Origin: Sphagnum compactum
Taxonomy: Eukaryota
Length of the DNA stretch: 64,000 nucleotides
Reading direction: 5' to 3'
Assembly: GCA_965153455.1 (NCBI GenBank)
Contig: OZ234494.1
Location: 11,718,001 to 11,782,000, forward strand
The position numbers were made by a program, and so were the translations under genes. The notes beneath the pieces are model-generated. The model searched no databases. It worked only from the letters and a program-made list of their open reading frames with translations, and was not told where the DNA came from. The stretch's first letter is position 1. Each line of letters begins with the position of its first letter. Of this stretch, positions 1 to 11,978 are shown piece by piece.

Positions 1-500
1 CAGACGAAAAACAAGAACAGTTGACTGAGATATACCACTCCCATCATCATGGTCAGTTCTCCAAACAAATCTTTGAATTTGAAGCTTTCTATCAGCTGAT
101 GGGCCCATTTTCATGCATAAATTTTCTGTCCATGCCCTGCAGTTCAGGCAAAATGTATGAGATAGTTCTCTGAGAAAGGAGAAAGCAATTATCTTCAAAG
201 GTATTGAGAACTTCTCCATACTTCTCAAGTAACATCAACCTGCATGGAATTGAGAGATGACCGATTCATAAGGTTATAGAGTCTTCAGATCCAATATGTG
301 TATTTCTGTTGCAAGGCCTGCAGTAGCAGGAAGACCTCAACCATGGTGTTGGCTTTCTCCTTCCCAAGAAAGGAGAAAGAAACTGCTCTATTTGGCTAAT
401 ACCCTGGACATCTGGTACCTCCATCTCTACAATACAATTTGGCTAGAACTGACATCTCTGGCCTCTGTTTTCAATTGAGCTGGAGAAACAGTTTCTTACC

Positions 501-3500
501 TCATAACATTTGCATGTTGTCAGAAATTGTCATGGTTGTCCTTGGTTCTAAGAGCTCTTCCGCTTCCACTTTAGCATTCTTGGAGCAAGCCCTTTTCAGT
601 TTTACACAGCTTTTAATCTCTACCTCAGCCATGAAAGTGGAGCTCACTGGCCGATGATCAGATAACTGTGATTCTGTCTGCTTGTACTCCAATTGCCTTA
701 AGCCCTTCCCATACCATAGTATTCGATCACACCTGCAAAGAGCAGAACATCACATAAGCAAGGAAAAAGTACACCACACAAAAATATATCTATGAAATTG
801 CAGAGAAATCTCCACAAACAATCAGTGCAGTCTTAACCTTATTCACCACACAAAATCAAGGTTTAGGGTTGGAGGCAAGGCCAATGCCATCATGAGGGTT
901 CAGGCATTGAGATTTAGGCTTTTGAGCTTGAAGTCAAGGACAACGAAGCATGAGACTCTGATGTAATTCAAGGACGATATGTTGATTTGATCAGATCCTG
1001 AAGAGTTAGCATCCAAGTCAGAAAGTGGCAAATGCAGAAGAAGAATCCCAGAAGTGGAAGACATTTGTCAGGTCAAGCTCTAGCAATCAAAGATTTTGTG
1101 CCAGAATGATTCTGGAGTTACCAGGCAGGAGTGCGTCGCTTGGTCCCAATTGGTGCATCTTTGCCAAAGTACTCATCTGAATTGAAGATAAACTTGTAAG
1201 TTGGTGGAAAACAAATGGGGTTTTCATGCCAGCCCTCAAACACACGCCCTGCTCTTTGCTCAAGTGTCAGCTGCTCACCCAAAATCAAGACAATGAACAT
1301 TCTCAAATGTCAACTGAATTTGTCATAGAAACAATGTGCCTTGCTGCTAAACATGGCAATTGCAGTGAGAGGACAGGAATCAGAGCTAACTGACAGAGAC
1401 TTTTGCATGAAGAATTTTTTGTCAAAATTGTCAGTACCTGATCTTTCTGAAGAAGGCACTCCCAGGCACCTTGGTTAACCAGCTCCCATGTGTATTCATC
1501 CGGTGCATCAACACGGTAGTTCAGATCTCCAAGCCATATGATTCGACTGTACAGCTCATCAGTCATAGCGACAAACACAATCACAAACGCTCCTCAGCAA
1601 CAATAACCCAGTCTCTTGCACTTGACATTTGCTGCTTCAAATTATCAAGCTTCTCAACATGCAATCGAATGAAGGACCAGTATGACTGATTGAACACAAA
1701 TGAAACAAGTCTCTTACTCATGAGTCATGATAGTCTTGGGCAACTCAATCCTGGGGTGTTTCATCAACCGAGGGAATGTTGTCCGACGCAGTATCTCAGC
1801 AACATCTGCATTTCGCCGAAGTTCATCTCCTTCCTCATGGCCTGATTTCAAATGTGTGCATACAAAACAAAAGCTGGTTTGATGAAGAAACAAACTAACT
1901 GAAACTGCCCCCTGCGCACAAAACCCCAAACTCAAGTCTCATTGCTCAAACTCCTCCCAGAAATTTCACAAAGAACTAGTCTCTTGCAATGCACTCTATG
2001 GAGTGACAACTGAGTCCCCCCCCCTCAGCCTAGCACCCCAACTCAGAACTCTCTTCCCAAAAGAAGCCCACCTTGTTGCCGAGGTAGTTAAAAATCCCAC
2101 AGCCAACGCTGCACACTTTTATATCATGGACATGATGCCAGAGGTCTGAACGAATCCAGATTGTGATAAAGATGCCAACCATTTGCTTGCTCACAATCCG
2201 CAAGAATTGATTGTGTCTACAAGGTGAAGAAAACATAGCACTAGTTGAAGAAACTGAAGGTGCAAATGACATAGACTCTTTGTCATCTTCCATTGTGGCA
2301 CCAGCAGACCACTCTATCGATGTTGAATCTTCTCGTGGGTGCAGATGCGATGTTTCATTCTCCAGACCACTCATATTTTGCATAGAAGTCAAGCAGTTGA
2401 TCTGAGCTTGTTCATGATGAAGAATAGTAGAATTTGACAAATGGTGTTCAGGAGGCAGGAGAGCAGAGAGCTCATCTTCTTCATTCCTCACTGTTTTCAA
2501 TAAGCTATTGGTTCCAGAAACCTCTGGAACATGATGACTGCACATATCACATTGTGATGGGATTGGTGGCTCCCTGTAACTTAATAATGGATCGTCTGCA
2601 TTAAAAACCTGCATCTTGTTGTTCAGAGTGTGATGAATTAAACCTTCCCAGATAGGGATTGGGGCTTCATCCTCCATGCATACAACATTGCAAGCAATCA
2701 AAGGTACAATTTCTTGAAACCTGCAACCATTTACCATAGTCAGACCTCTGCTTTAAGGTGCTGAACAATTCCATCACCCACAGGAAGTCTCTGGAGAGAT
2801 CTTTTGTCCCTATTTTAGCACAGAGACCAAGAGCTTGGTAAAACACTATACATCCAGACAGGCAAACAACACATAAATCCTGGAAGACAAAAATCAGACC
2901 TAAATACCCACCCAATTACATAAATATCTGCAGGCTCTGAAGTGTCCAACCATTCCCTCAAGTCAATATCATCTGGAGGTAGCATCCCTGCTACATTCCA
3001 TGAACCTACTGCAATCCTGCAAAAAGACAAAATTCCCAATATCATCAACTCAACATCGTTGACCAAGAGAGCATAACTCTCCGAGAAGCTCTAGGCCCAA
3101 GTTGGATGTTGTTAGCATACAAGAAAAGTGAGATAGGAAGCCTAAACCCTAGAAGGGTTCAAGGCTCAATACATCCTGTGGAGGAGACAATAGAAAAGAG
3201 TCAGGACTGAAACTGAAAGCTCAAGAACATAAGGGCAATAAATGAAATTCAGCAATCCCCATAGCTCAAAGGCTTGAGCACCATTGGCAAAGCTTTGATC
3301 ATTGGACTCAGAGCTCACAAAGCACAGTAGGAAAGAGGGGTGGATTTAGCATTGATTTCATTGATGAGTCAGGGCTTGGAGAGGCAAGACATCAGCAACC
3401 ATACCGATACTCACGGTCACTGACAAACTGTTGGTGGCAAGCCTCTGATTGCATGCTTGATGAAGAGTTCTTCATGGGTGATTCTGGACCCCCAGGCACA

Positions 3501-4657
3501 GAGCAGAATGTTCAAATTCTGAAACTGGAGCAATGAACTTACATCTTTGAAACAAGAAACTTTCCATTTCAATTTCACCATCATGGAATGTGTGTTGCTG
3601 AAACTTTGGCTGCATGCAAAACACTAGAAATGGGACAGATGATGATATTGACCACATACCAGCCATGTTGATGAGCTCATCAGACTGCTGTTCCAATACA
3701 GAAGTACAGCTGCCCCTATTCTGGACCTGACAAGGTTCAAGGATTTCTGTTGGCCCTGTGTGTACATTCTACACTCATGAGAAATTCTTTGAATTGTTTG
3801 TGTTTGCAATCCAGTTGATTCACTCTCTCTGTAAACTCTCTTGTTTCTTCCTATTTTGCAGGCTCTTATACCTCTGGGGTCATTTAGCTTCACTCTCATT
3901 GGCTTTCTTCTTGACTCTCCTCCAATGGCTCTTTTCAAGGGTAGAGAGAACAAGGCTGACAGTAGAAAGACAATGGAATATTTTTCAAAGAGACAAAAGA
4001 GACCTCTCATGATTAGCTGAAGAGTGAGATGTTCAGATATTGTCGATGAAAGCAAGAAAAGGGAAGAAACACTCACCATTGTCATCTCCAATTTCTTGTG
4101 ACTCATCATCCAGTTTGGCATCTGAGTTCTCATCACAGCTCAGCTCATCTCCAGGCACTTGGAAAGTCAGCCATCTTTTCAAAAATTGCAGAGGCAAGAA
4201 CTGCAGGCATTGGCACCTTAACTTGGTCGGAAATCCAGCTGACACCACAAACAAAGACACAACTTGCTCCTTCCAATCTTAACTGTCTATTGGTACATAT
4301 TCTGAAATTTTTAATCAATCTCCACAATCAGAGCAAGGTCATTTTCCTCTACAAAAGTTCAAGTTCAAGAGTGAAGACTATTGATCACCATCTTTATCAC
4401 CATAGCTCAGGATTGTGCAAGGTCCTAACAAAGGCACAGGCCATGATCAAGCCCAAACAACAGTGCTTTTCCACATATTCATTCCACAGTGTTTGATCAG
4501 GAAGCTGCTCAAGAGTTGTGTCAGTGCACATTTTTCAGTGATGCAAACAGCAACCATCTTGCACTTAACAAGCTAACCTGTCTGGTTAGAAAATTTCAAC
4601 TGATGAAAGAGATTCAGTGCAACAAATTGTACATACCTCTGAGCACCCAACTTGCAT
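501..4657 (-). CDS. Type I inositol polyphosphate 5-phosphatase (plant 5PTase / CVP2-like family), multi-exon
   Basis: Family motifs in order across GT-AG exons: FLKRWL (4077-4200), DREYR (exon ending 3405), [17 protein letters not shown] (2912-3016), [24 protein letters not shown] (2072-2720), [19 protein letters not shown] (1718-1911), [11 protein letters not shown] (1438-1546), FPPTYKF..RTPAW (1122-1270), CDRILW..SDHRPV..stop (501-732). The first exon MQVGCSE (4637-4657) and the exon structure between 3405 and ~3930 are less certain. Confidence 0.93.
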
Positions 4658-7185
4658 TCCTGATGAAATGTTGCTCTGCCACCTTATCACAGGTCAACTG
4701 CTCTGGCAACACCCATGCAACTCAACGTCAAGCCATGGCCAAAGAAGTGAAACTACATAAACCTAGACTGCAATGGCTGCCATTTATTGTCTTTGGAAAT
4801 CTCAAACCATGCTAACAGTGCTTAGAAACGATTCATTGCAGGAGCTTTGGCAATGACAATGCTTGGGACAATGCAAGAGTTGGTGCAAGCATTGGGGGAT
4901 GGACAGCTGAAGCAACCTGATCCCAGACAATGATGATCGCCTTATTATCAGATGAAGCAAATATTCCAGCAGAAGAAGCAAAATAAAGCAAGTTAAGGAA
5001 ATCTCAACTAAATGCAGAAACACAATTTAAGAGTGTGAAGGAAAAAAGGTCAGCAGTTCTGATGATGCTGCGGTTTCCAGGCTTCATTTACCTCTGATGA
5101 TGGACAGGGTTTCTCCTCTGAATAAAAATTTGCAAAGTGCTGACATGTGTTTTGTAAGTTCCTTTGTGAACCAAGCTTACCCTATGATTGCATGAAGTCA
5201 GTCTCTCCACAGCCTTTTTCCTGTCCCGATGATCCCTCTGAGCTCTGTTGTAGAGACTGGATGTCAGAGGAGCGTGTGGTTCAGAAGTGCAAAAAGTCTA
5301 GCTTGTTTACACAAAGTTCTTCATTACAGGAGGGGGCGAGAATTGTGATCAACACTCCACTACGAACACCAATATGCAACCAACAAAACCTGCTGGAGCT
5401 CAAAGAGGGGTGAAGAAAACTGAATGAAAACTCTCTATCTCAAGGCTTTCATTTCACACAAATCTGGAAAGGAGGGAAGAAGGGGCGAAAGGTCTATGAC
5501 TGCACGAAAACGGCAAGAAAAGGAGCATTCAAAATGGTAGCCGGTTCTCTCAGCAAATGTGTCTGCAATCCAGAGAGAGCAAACAAACACGCACGCACGC
5601 ACTCTCTCTCTCTCTCTCTCTCTGAGAGGCTTCGACACCAAATGTGTGCAAAATTGGGTGCCTGAAAGAGGGATCATACGAAGTGGCTGAAAACAAGGTA
5701 GATCGACAAGGGAGACAGAGTTCAAGCTTGCGTACGGAGTTTCTTCTTCCCCTGAATCTCCAGACTATCTATGCGCACACGAAAACGCTCTGCTGGCTAC
5801 TCGAGTTCCAAAAGCTCAGAAATCACCACGATGCTCCTAAACCCCATGAAAGCATGAACCCCAACCGCGAGAAAAGGTGATGGTGATCCACAACAATTTA
5901 GAGACCCATCCAACGAGTAGGTTCTCAAAAATAAAGAGGGGTGGGATGGGACGGGGAGAGAGAGAGGGAGTTGCCAGCAACTCGAAATGGAGCTCGAAAA
6001 ACTCGAAATCCACCTCCCACAGACGCTTCGACAAGTTGTCAACGGATCTCACAATCCTTATTCCCCTCTACTACTTAGTGTATGTAACAAATGGAGTTTT
6101 GCCGCAAATCCAAATCACGGCATGCGCTCAAAGCTGGCACGAGAGGACGAAGAAGAAAACAGTGAAATGAACGACACGAAAGCTTGCTTGCCAAAACCCA
6201 AAGAAAAGGTTCAAGCTTTACAAGAATATATGGATAACTTTTTCTCGGACTCTCTTCGCAAACACATAATCGGAGGAGCTGCTAGTTCACACCCCAAGGA
6301 CATGTTGCTTTCTCACCTCCAAAATAAATTTGTGAACATCATCACTCAGAAGATGTCCATACTACAACAAATTCGCATCTCAAATAAGATTTGGCAAATC
6401 AATCAAGACTAGCTATCAAAACCGAAAATCTCGTCTTGTGTTTCTCGCAGGGATCGAAATTTGCGTCTCTTTTTTTCTTATCTCGCTACAATCGAAGCAA
6501 TGTCTCTCTCTCCTTCTCACCTACCCACCAGCCCCGCGCGCGCAACCAAATGTCAGAAGCTCCTAAAAAAAGGGCGGAATACTTTTTGTCCTTCAGCTAG
6601 GAATGCACCCCCAAATCTCGCCAAATCAAACAAAGCTTCAACAAACCCCAAAAAAAAGGTAAAAAGGAAAAGAGAAGCTTGATGTTTTTGTGTCAAGAAG
6701 GAAAGATCGGAACCCAGAAAAAAGCTGGCCTGCTACAAACGAATGACGTCAAATAAGGAATTGTCTGTCAGCAGACACCACCTTGCTAAGTTTGGAAAAA
6801 CCACACAGCAAGGGGACCAAGAAGAAGACGAAGATGTAGAAAATTCAGCAAATCACGCAAGAGCTTTCGACGACAACAACCCAATACGATTTCAATGTAG
6901 TTTGGTTCTACTTAAACTAAAGATTCCGAGTTGCCAACCCTTCAACAACCCACTAATAATAACAACAACAAGATCAGCAGCAGCAGCAACAACAAAACTG
7001 TCGTTGCTGCTACGACCCAGAAGAAGCAGTAGATCTAAGCCCCTTGATGATGATGTTGACCATGACCCAAGCAGACCATCTATATGGAAACCCAAGAACA
7101 TACATACAAACAAACAAAAGAAGCCAAATTTTGTTTCTTTGGTGCAAACGAAGCAAGAGCGTTAGATCACGTAATCTTCTAATAG

Positions 7186-7438
7186 ATCTCTCTCTCTCTC
7201 TCTCTCTCTCCCCCTCGCCTTTGCCCCCGCCCCCCCGCCCTCTCTCACTCTCTATGTGTCTCTCTTTCTCACTTCTTGTGCTTTCAAGGCACGATATTTG
7301 GTGCTGCTTTTTGGGGGTCAAGGTGAGATCTCCCAAAAAAAACATACCATTTGTCCATCACAAAACACTCCTCAAAGTGGGACCCCAAACAAATTCCCTC
7401 CCCTCCTTCCTCCCTACATACAAACACACACACACACA

Positions 7439-7473
<35 letters not shown>
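7186..7473. repeat. (CT)n and (CA)n(CT)n microsatellites in the probable promoter/5' leader of the 5-phosphatase gene
   Basis: CT tracts at ~7186-7210 and ~7441-7473, CA tract at ~7425-7440; another CT tract at ~5602-5622. Confidence 0.85.
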
Positions 7474-7478
<5 letters not shown>

Positions 7479-7522
7479 TTTTCCTTCCCAAATTTTGATA
7501 CACCAATTTCATGTCTATGATC

Positions 7523-7810
7523 CCAGTGTTCTTTTTTCAAATTTGTGAGGTAGGTGGGTTGGCTATCACCCACAAGAGGACTTACCCAAATTTGGCTACA
7601 AGTAAAAGAGGAAAATAGAAAAAATTAGGATTCCTCCTGTATTCTGGCGACAAGTTGGAACTTAATGTTTAAATATGGCAATTTAAGAAAAAAATTCCTC
7701 ATAATGTGGCCACTTGGGCCCATTTTTTCCAAAAAAACAAAGTCTTATCATGAGCGCCTCCCCCTTTCTTTTTGTCTCCAGGATGCAATTCGCCCCCAAA
7801 AAAAATGCAG
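7523..7810. mobile_element. MITE-like non-autonomous element (CAGTG/T-rich left end, A-rich right end)
   Basis: Starts (C)CAGTGTTCTTTTTT and ends AAAAAAAATGCAG. Flanked by near-identical 9-mers TCTATGATC (7514-7522) and TCTATGAAC (7811-7819). A diverged second copy is at ~18987-19275. Confidence 0.65.
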
Positions 7811-9262
7811 TCTATGAACTATGATAGTGTACTCAACAAAGGAACATTATTCTTTTCTTCCTTTCAATGAACTCAAATCCACTCACCCAGTCACAATTTG
7901 AGTGGCCTTGTTTTGATTCCAGTCAAAGTTAGTCCAAATTTTCACCCACGAATCACCCACAAAACCATTTGATCAGGTTGTGCACTGCTTGATTTTGCCC
8001 AATATGTTTTCCACCCCTCAAGCATGTTCTAATTTCAATTGGGTCCATGTCAAAGTTAGTCCAAAAGCTTATGCACAAACAATTAGATTAAGGGTTGGCA
8101 TTGCTCAATCCCATTGTCAAATTTAGTCCAATTTTTTTTCACTCATGATCCATCAATTCAAACAGGGTGGGCACACTACCCAACTCCATGTCAAAATTTT
8201 AGTCCACACTTATCACTCACAAACCATATTCATTCATTTGGGTGGTTGTGTAAGGCTCTCCATTCTCCATGTCAAAAGTAGCCATTGCCTCCAAATGCCA
8301 GCAGCCGTGTAAGTCATTTTTTTGGGGGGTATCATCATTGTCCCATCATTTCTTTAGTGTTTTTTTTTGTTGTTGTGTTGTTGGGACAGCCCACCTCATC
8401 TTCTTTAGGCACTTGAATATATGTATAAATTGTATCATGTCATTGGGCTTTGATTTGACATCATGTCCTATGTACTAAATGTGTTTTTGCTTGCAACCCA
8501 GACAACATTCATTCAGAGTGGGTGGTTGGCTCTACCACAACAACTTTTTAGTCCAACTTTCTTCTTAGTTTGTTATGTTCCAAAGACAAGGAAACATAGG
8601 TTGATATGATGAAGTCCACACTCAGTCAAGTCATTAGAGTGCATCAGTGGCCAAAAACAAAACACACACACAACCCAAAGGATGAATCAATAAATTGGCT
8701 AGCTAGCTCTCTATTCTATATGGGTTAGAAAGTATAAACAAGTAGAATATGGGTTTAGAAAGTATAAACAAGTAGAATAGAGAGCTAAAATAGAAAGTTA
8801 TCAATACCTCATTTTAGACAAATCCATTTTTCCATCAAGGAAAAGAGAAGCTACATGGGAAGGTGGGGCAGAAGAAAGTAAAATAAAATTGGGTACGAAA
8901 ACATAGCAGGCTATCATTATTCTTCTTCTTCTTCTTCTATATTTACTTTATGTTGATTAAAATACTTATAAAGAGTTGCTACCTATATAAGTAGGTAGTG
9001 GGGGAATCAAGCAAGAATGGATGAACACGGCATATGGTGGGATGTCCTCCACTTGGCATGAAGCTATTTGCGAGAGATTGGGAGTTCATGTCTGGCACAA
9101 AGCTGTTCCATAAAAGGAATTACATTCTTCTATCTTCATTGGTTCTTTTCTCATAAGTAGTTAGCCATCGGGGGACTCTACTTATATTCAAACGTAGACT
9201 CTACTTATACTTGTACGCGGACACTATACTCAAATGTGACCCCCATAAACTGGGGGTACTTA

Positions 9263-9765
9263 TTATTCTGTTTCATATTAATTAGTTGGGGGTGCCTCAC
9301 AAGTCCAACTTTTTTTTTTGTTTGCAATGAGCCAATTTTGATTGGCCCATCACAAAAAAGTTTTGAAATTATGGAGGCTCCCTAAAATAGAAGATTCTAT
9401 GGAAAGATGGAGTGCCTCCCCCTTTGGCCCACCTACATAGGTGAGAAGGGGAGGACTTTGGGCAAAACATATGAGATTAAAGGGAGGTGCTATTGGGAAC
9501 ACCCTTGGGGAACACATTGGGAACCTGATGAGAATCCATTGGGAATTTGAAGGGAACATGTTGGGAACAAAGGAAAATTGAAAAAAATCCTTCTCCCCCC
9601 CCCCCCCCGCCCCCCAACCCAAAACTTAAAAGAAAAAATCAAGGCACTTTGAGTGCATGCTGAGCCTTCCCATTGGCTGCATGAAATTTTTGTTTCAAAA
9701 AGTGATAGTCACCATTTTTGGCCTGGATTAATACCCCCATTATAAAGGGGGGTACTTATTTATTT
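9263..9765 (+). mobile_element. Non-autonomous dispersed repeat with internal TGGGAAC repeats and terminal hairpin (possibly Helitron/Helentron-derived)
   Basis: Internal GGGAAC array at 9494-9570; end motif TACCCCC-ATTATAAA-GGGGGGTA-CTTATT. A diverged reverse-orientation copy is at ~19440-19805. Confidence 0.6.
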
Positions 9766-10559
9766 ACTACAATAGCTCTAAATGAGAGGAAAATTCAAAA
9801 TACTCACACCCCAAGAAAAAAGCTGTGATAGTGAGATCTGGAGTCTTTGATTTTGAGAACTAGCCTATAACACTATCTAAACCTAGTACATATAGAAAGT
9901 TCCCTGAATTTCCAACAATATGCAAGAAAATATCATGTGGGGGCTTAGTTTATGCTTGCACCCATTTGTGAGTGATGGGGGAAAGGGAGGTGGATAGTGG
10001 TTACTACCAGTGTTGTGCAGTTCATCCTTTTATTCAGACAACCTCTGGTCAGGTTTAGACATTTTAAAATTTATGTGGAGGTTCTCTGGTAAGGGTTTGA
10101 GTGGAAGTTTTTCCAAATTTTGAACCTTTTGATTTCAGTTCTATCACATTTTTTCAAATTCAAGAACCTTTGAACCTGATTTTTTGAACCAGGTTCAATT
10201 CCATGCACACATTGCACATTCTTCAATGTTAAAGATTACATGAGTACAAAGTTTTACAACAAATTAAAATAGGGGTCTATTAAGTATAGAGTTGAACATT
10301 TAATTATAGAGTTCAGTCTATTTATCAAAAAACAATTGAAGTCAACTTTTTTACAGACAAAAATGTTTTTTCACTGTTCCAGTTCTGGTTCCGAATTTAG
10401 TGAAACATTTTCTCCATAGGCTGGTTCTTGTGCCAGTTCCAACAAAATGATGTCAACTCGACTCCAAGTCACAAGAACCAGACCGTGAACACCCTAGTTT
10501 TACCCTTCAACACAAATACCCTCACAACACTGAGGGTATTACAGAAAACTTGCTATGGT

Positions 10560-11250
10560 AGTTGTTTACTTATTGGGTTTGGAAGGAGACTCTACTGTCT
10601 CACTGAAAGAATTATTTATTGATTCTAAAATGAAGGAACTAGTCTGTTGTGAGTGTATCCCCCCCCCCCATGCAGGAATACCTTGGCCAGAATTTGCTTC
10701 CCAAAGATGTTGTGGAATGTAACAGCTTGGTGAGCCAGCAAAAGAAAGCGGGGTCAGATGGGCAATGTGGCCATGTGAAAAACGTGAAATTTGTATAAAT
10801 CCCACAACAATTGAGCGAAACCCTGCAGCTGGCTGATGGAACTTACATTATTCTGTGCTGAAACTTGGGCCATCATTAATTGGTAGGTAGTGTTGAGTCT
10901 GGCCTTCCATCGGTGAACAACAAGCTTTTCATACCCGTTAAGTCTATCCAATTCAAGTGTGGTCTACTTGTCCATACATGCACTGGCAGCTCATCACCAG
11001 ACAAACAAGACACGAAAATTTCTCATAGGGTTTTAGTTAATTTAAATGAAAGGTCCTCTCCATTTGGTCAACCTAGAATCATTATTTTTTTGGTTCCATT
11101 TCATTTTTTTAAATGTCTCAATGTCATCTTGTTGACACTCTTTGCATTTTGTGGTTGTTAAAAATTCTTCCTTCTTCCACTTTACGCTTTGTCCACTTTT
11201 CTTGCTTCTTGACTATGAGGATGTTCTAATTGCAAACAATTTTCTCATCT
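10560..11250 (-). pseudogene. Possible highly decayed hAT transposase C-terminal (dimerisation) fragment
   Basis: Broken minus-strand frames read ..HSTTSLGS.. and ..HNRLVP.., loosely matching IPATS..SE..R.RL. Many stops and frameshifts. Confidence 0.3.
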
Positions 11251-11946
11251 CATGATATTTTTTGCTTTTTTTGGGGTGATGACATGGCCAATATAAAAGT
11301 ATCACATGGTGGGCAATATATGATCATCTCAAAGTGTGACATTGCCAATATGAAGGTATGAAGTGGTGAGCAAACCATGACAATCTCAAGGGGTGGTAGT
11401 TGTGTGGAATTGGATGTATGTAGTATGTACTAAGATATTGAAAATGTTGTCTTCCTCCTATTCATTTCCCATTTATGGGCTTTTCTAGACAAGACATTAT
11501 CAAACTCCCACAATGTTCACTTAGCCTATATGTCCTCAAGAAATTTCCATCAAAATACATGGATGGAGGATATTGAAGAGAATAATGACAGACCAAGTGT
11601 GACCAAATAAACACTTCACATTTGAGGTGACAACTAGCATGACATCGTTGTCGAGTTATAAACCCAAGCACCCCTTGATGGCCATGAATTCTCAATATTC
11701 AAACAATATCCACCTTTCACTTGACTACAACCAGTAGAGTGCCATCAACCTAGTCTCCACAACTCATACCTCAACTATGTAAATGGCTTGTTACAACCTT
11801 TACCCAAGCTCAGGGCAACAAATACACAGTTGCAGTGATTTTTTCTTGGCAAATTTTCTCCATCTTGCAAAAGAAATAGAGGTCATTTTAGTGTGAAATG
11901 GATTTATCAGCAAAAATTCAACCCTTTTGCAAAATCAAAAAATTGA

Positions 11947-11978
<32 letters not shown>

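Noticed and set aside
5877-7573. Several 70-158 aa ORFs upstream of the 5-phosphatase gene
   Set aside because: Driven by microsatellites and low-complexity sequence; no recognisable domain or consistent exon chain.
7915-8290. Repeat-spacer appearance suggesting CRISPR
   Set aside because: Eukaryotic context, imperfect repeats, related linkers, irregular spacing and no cas genes.
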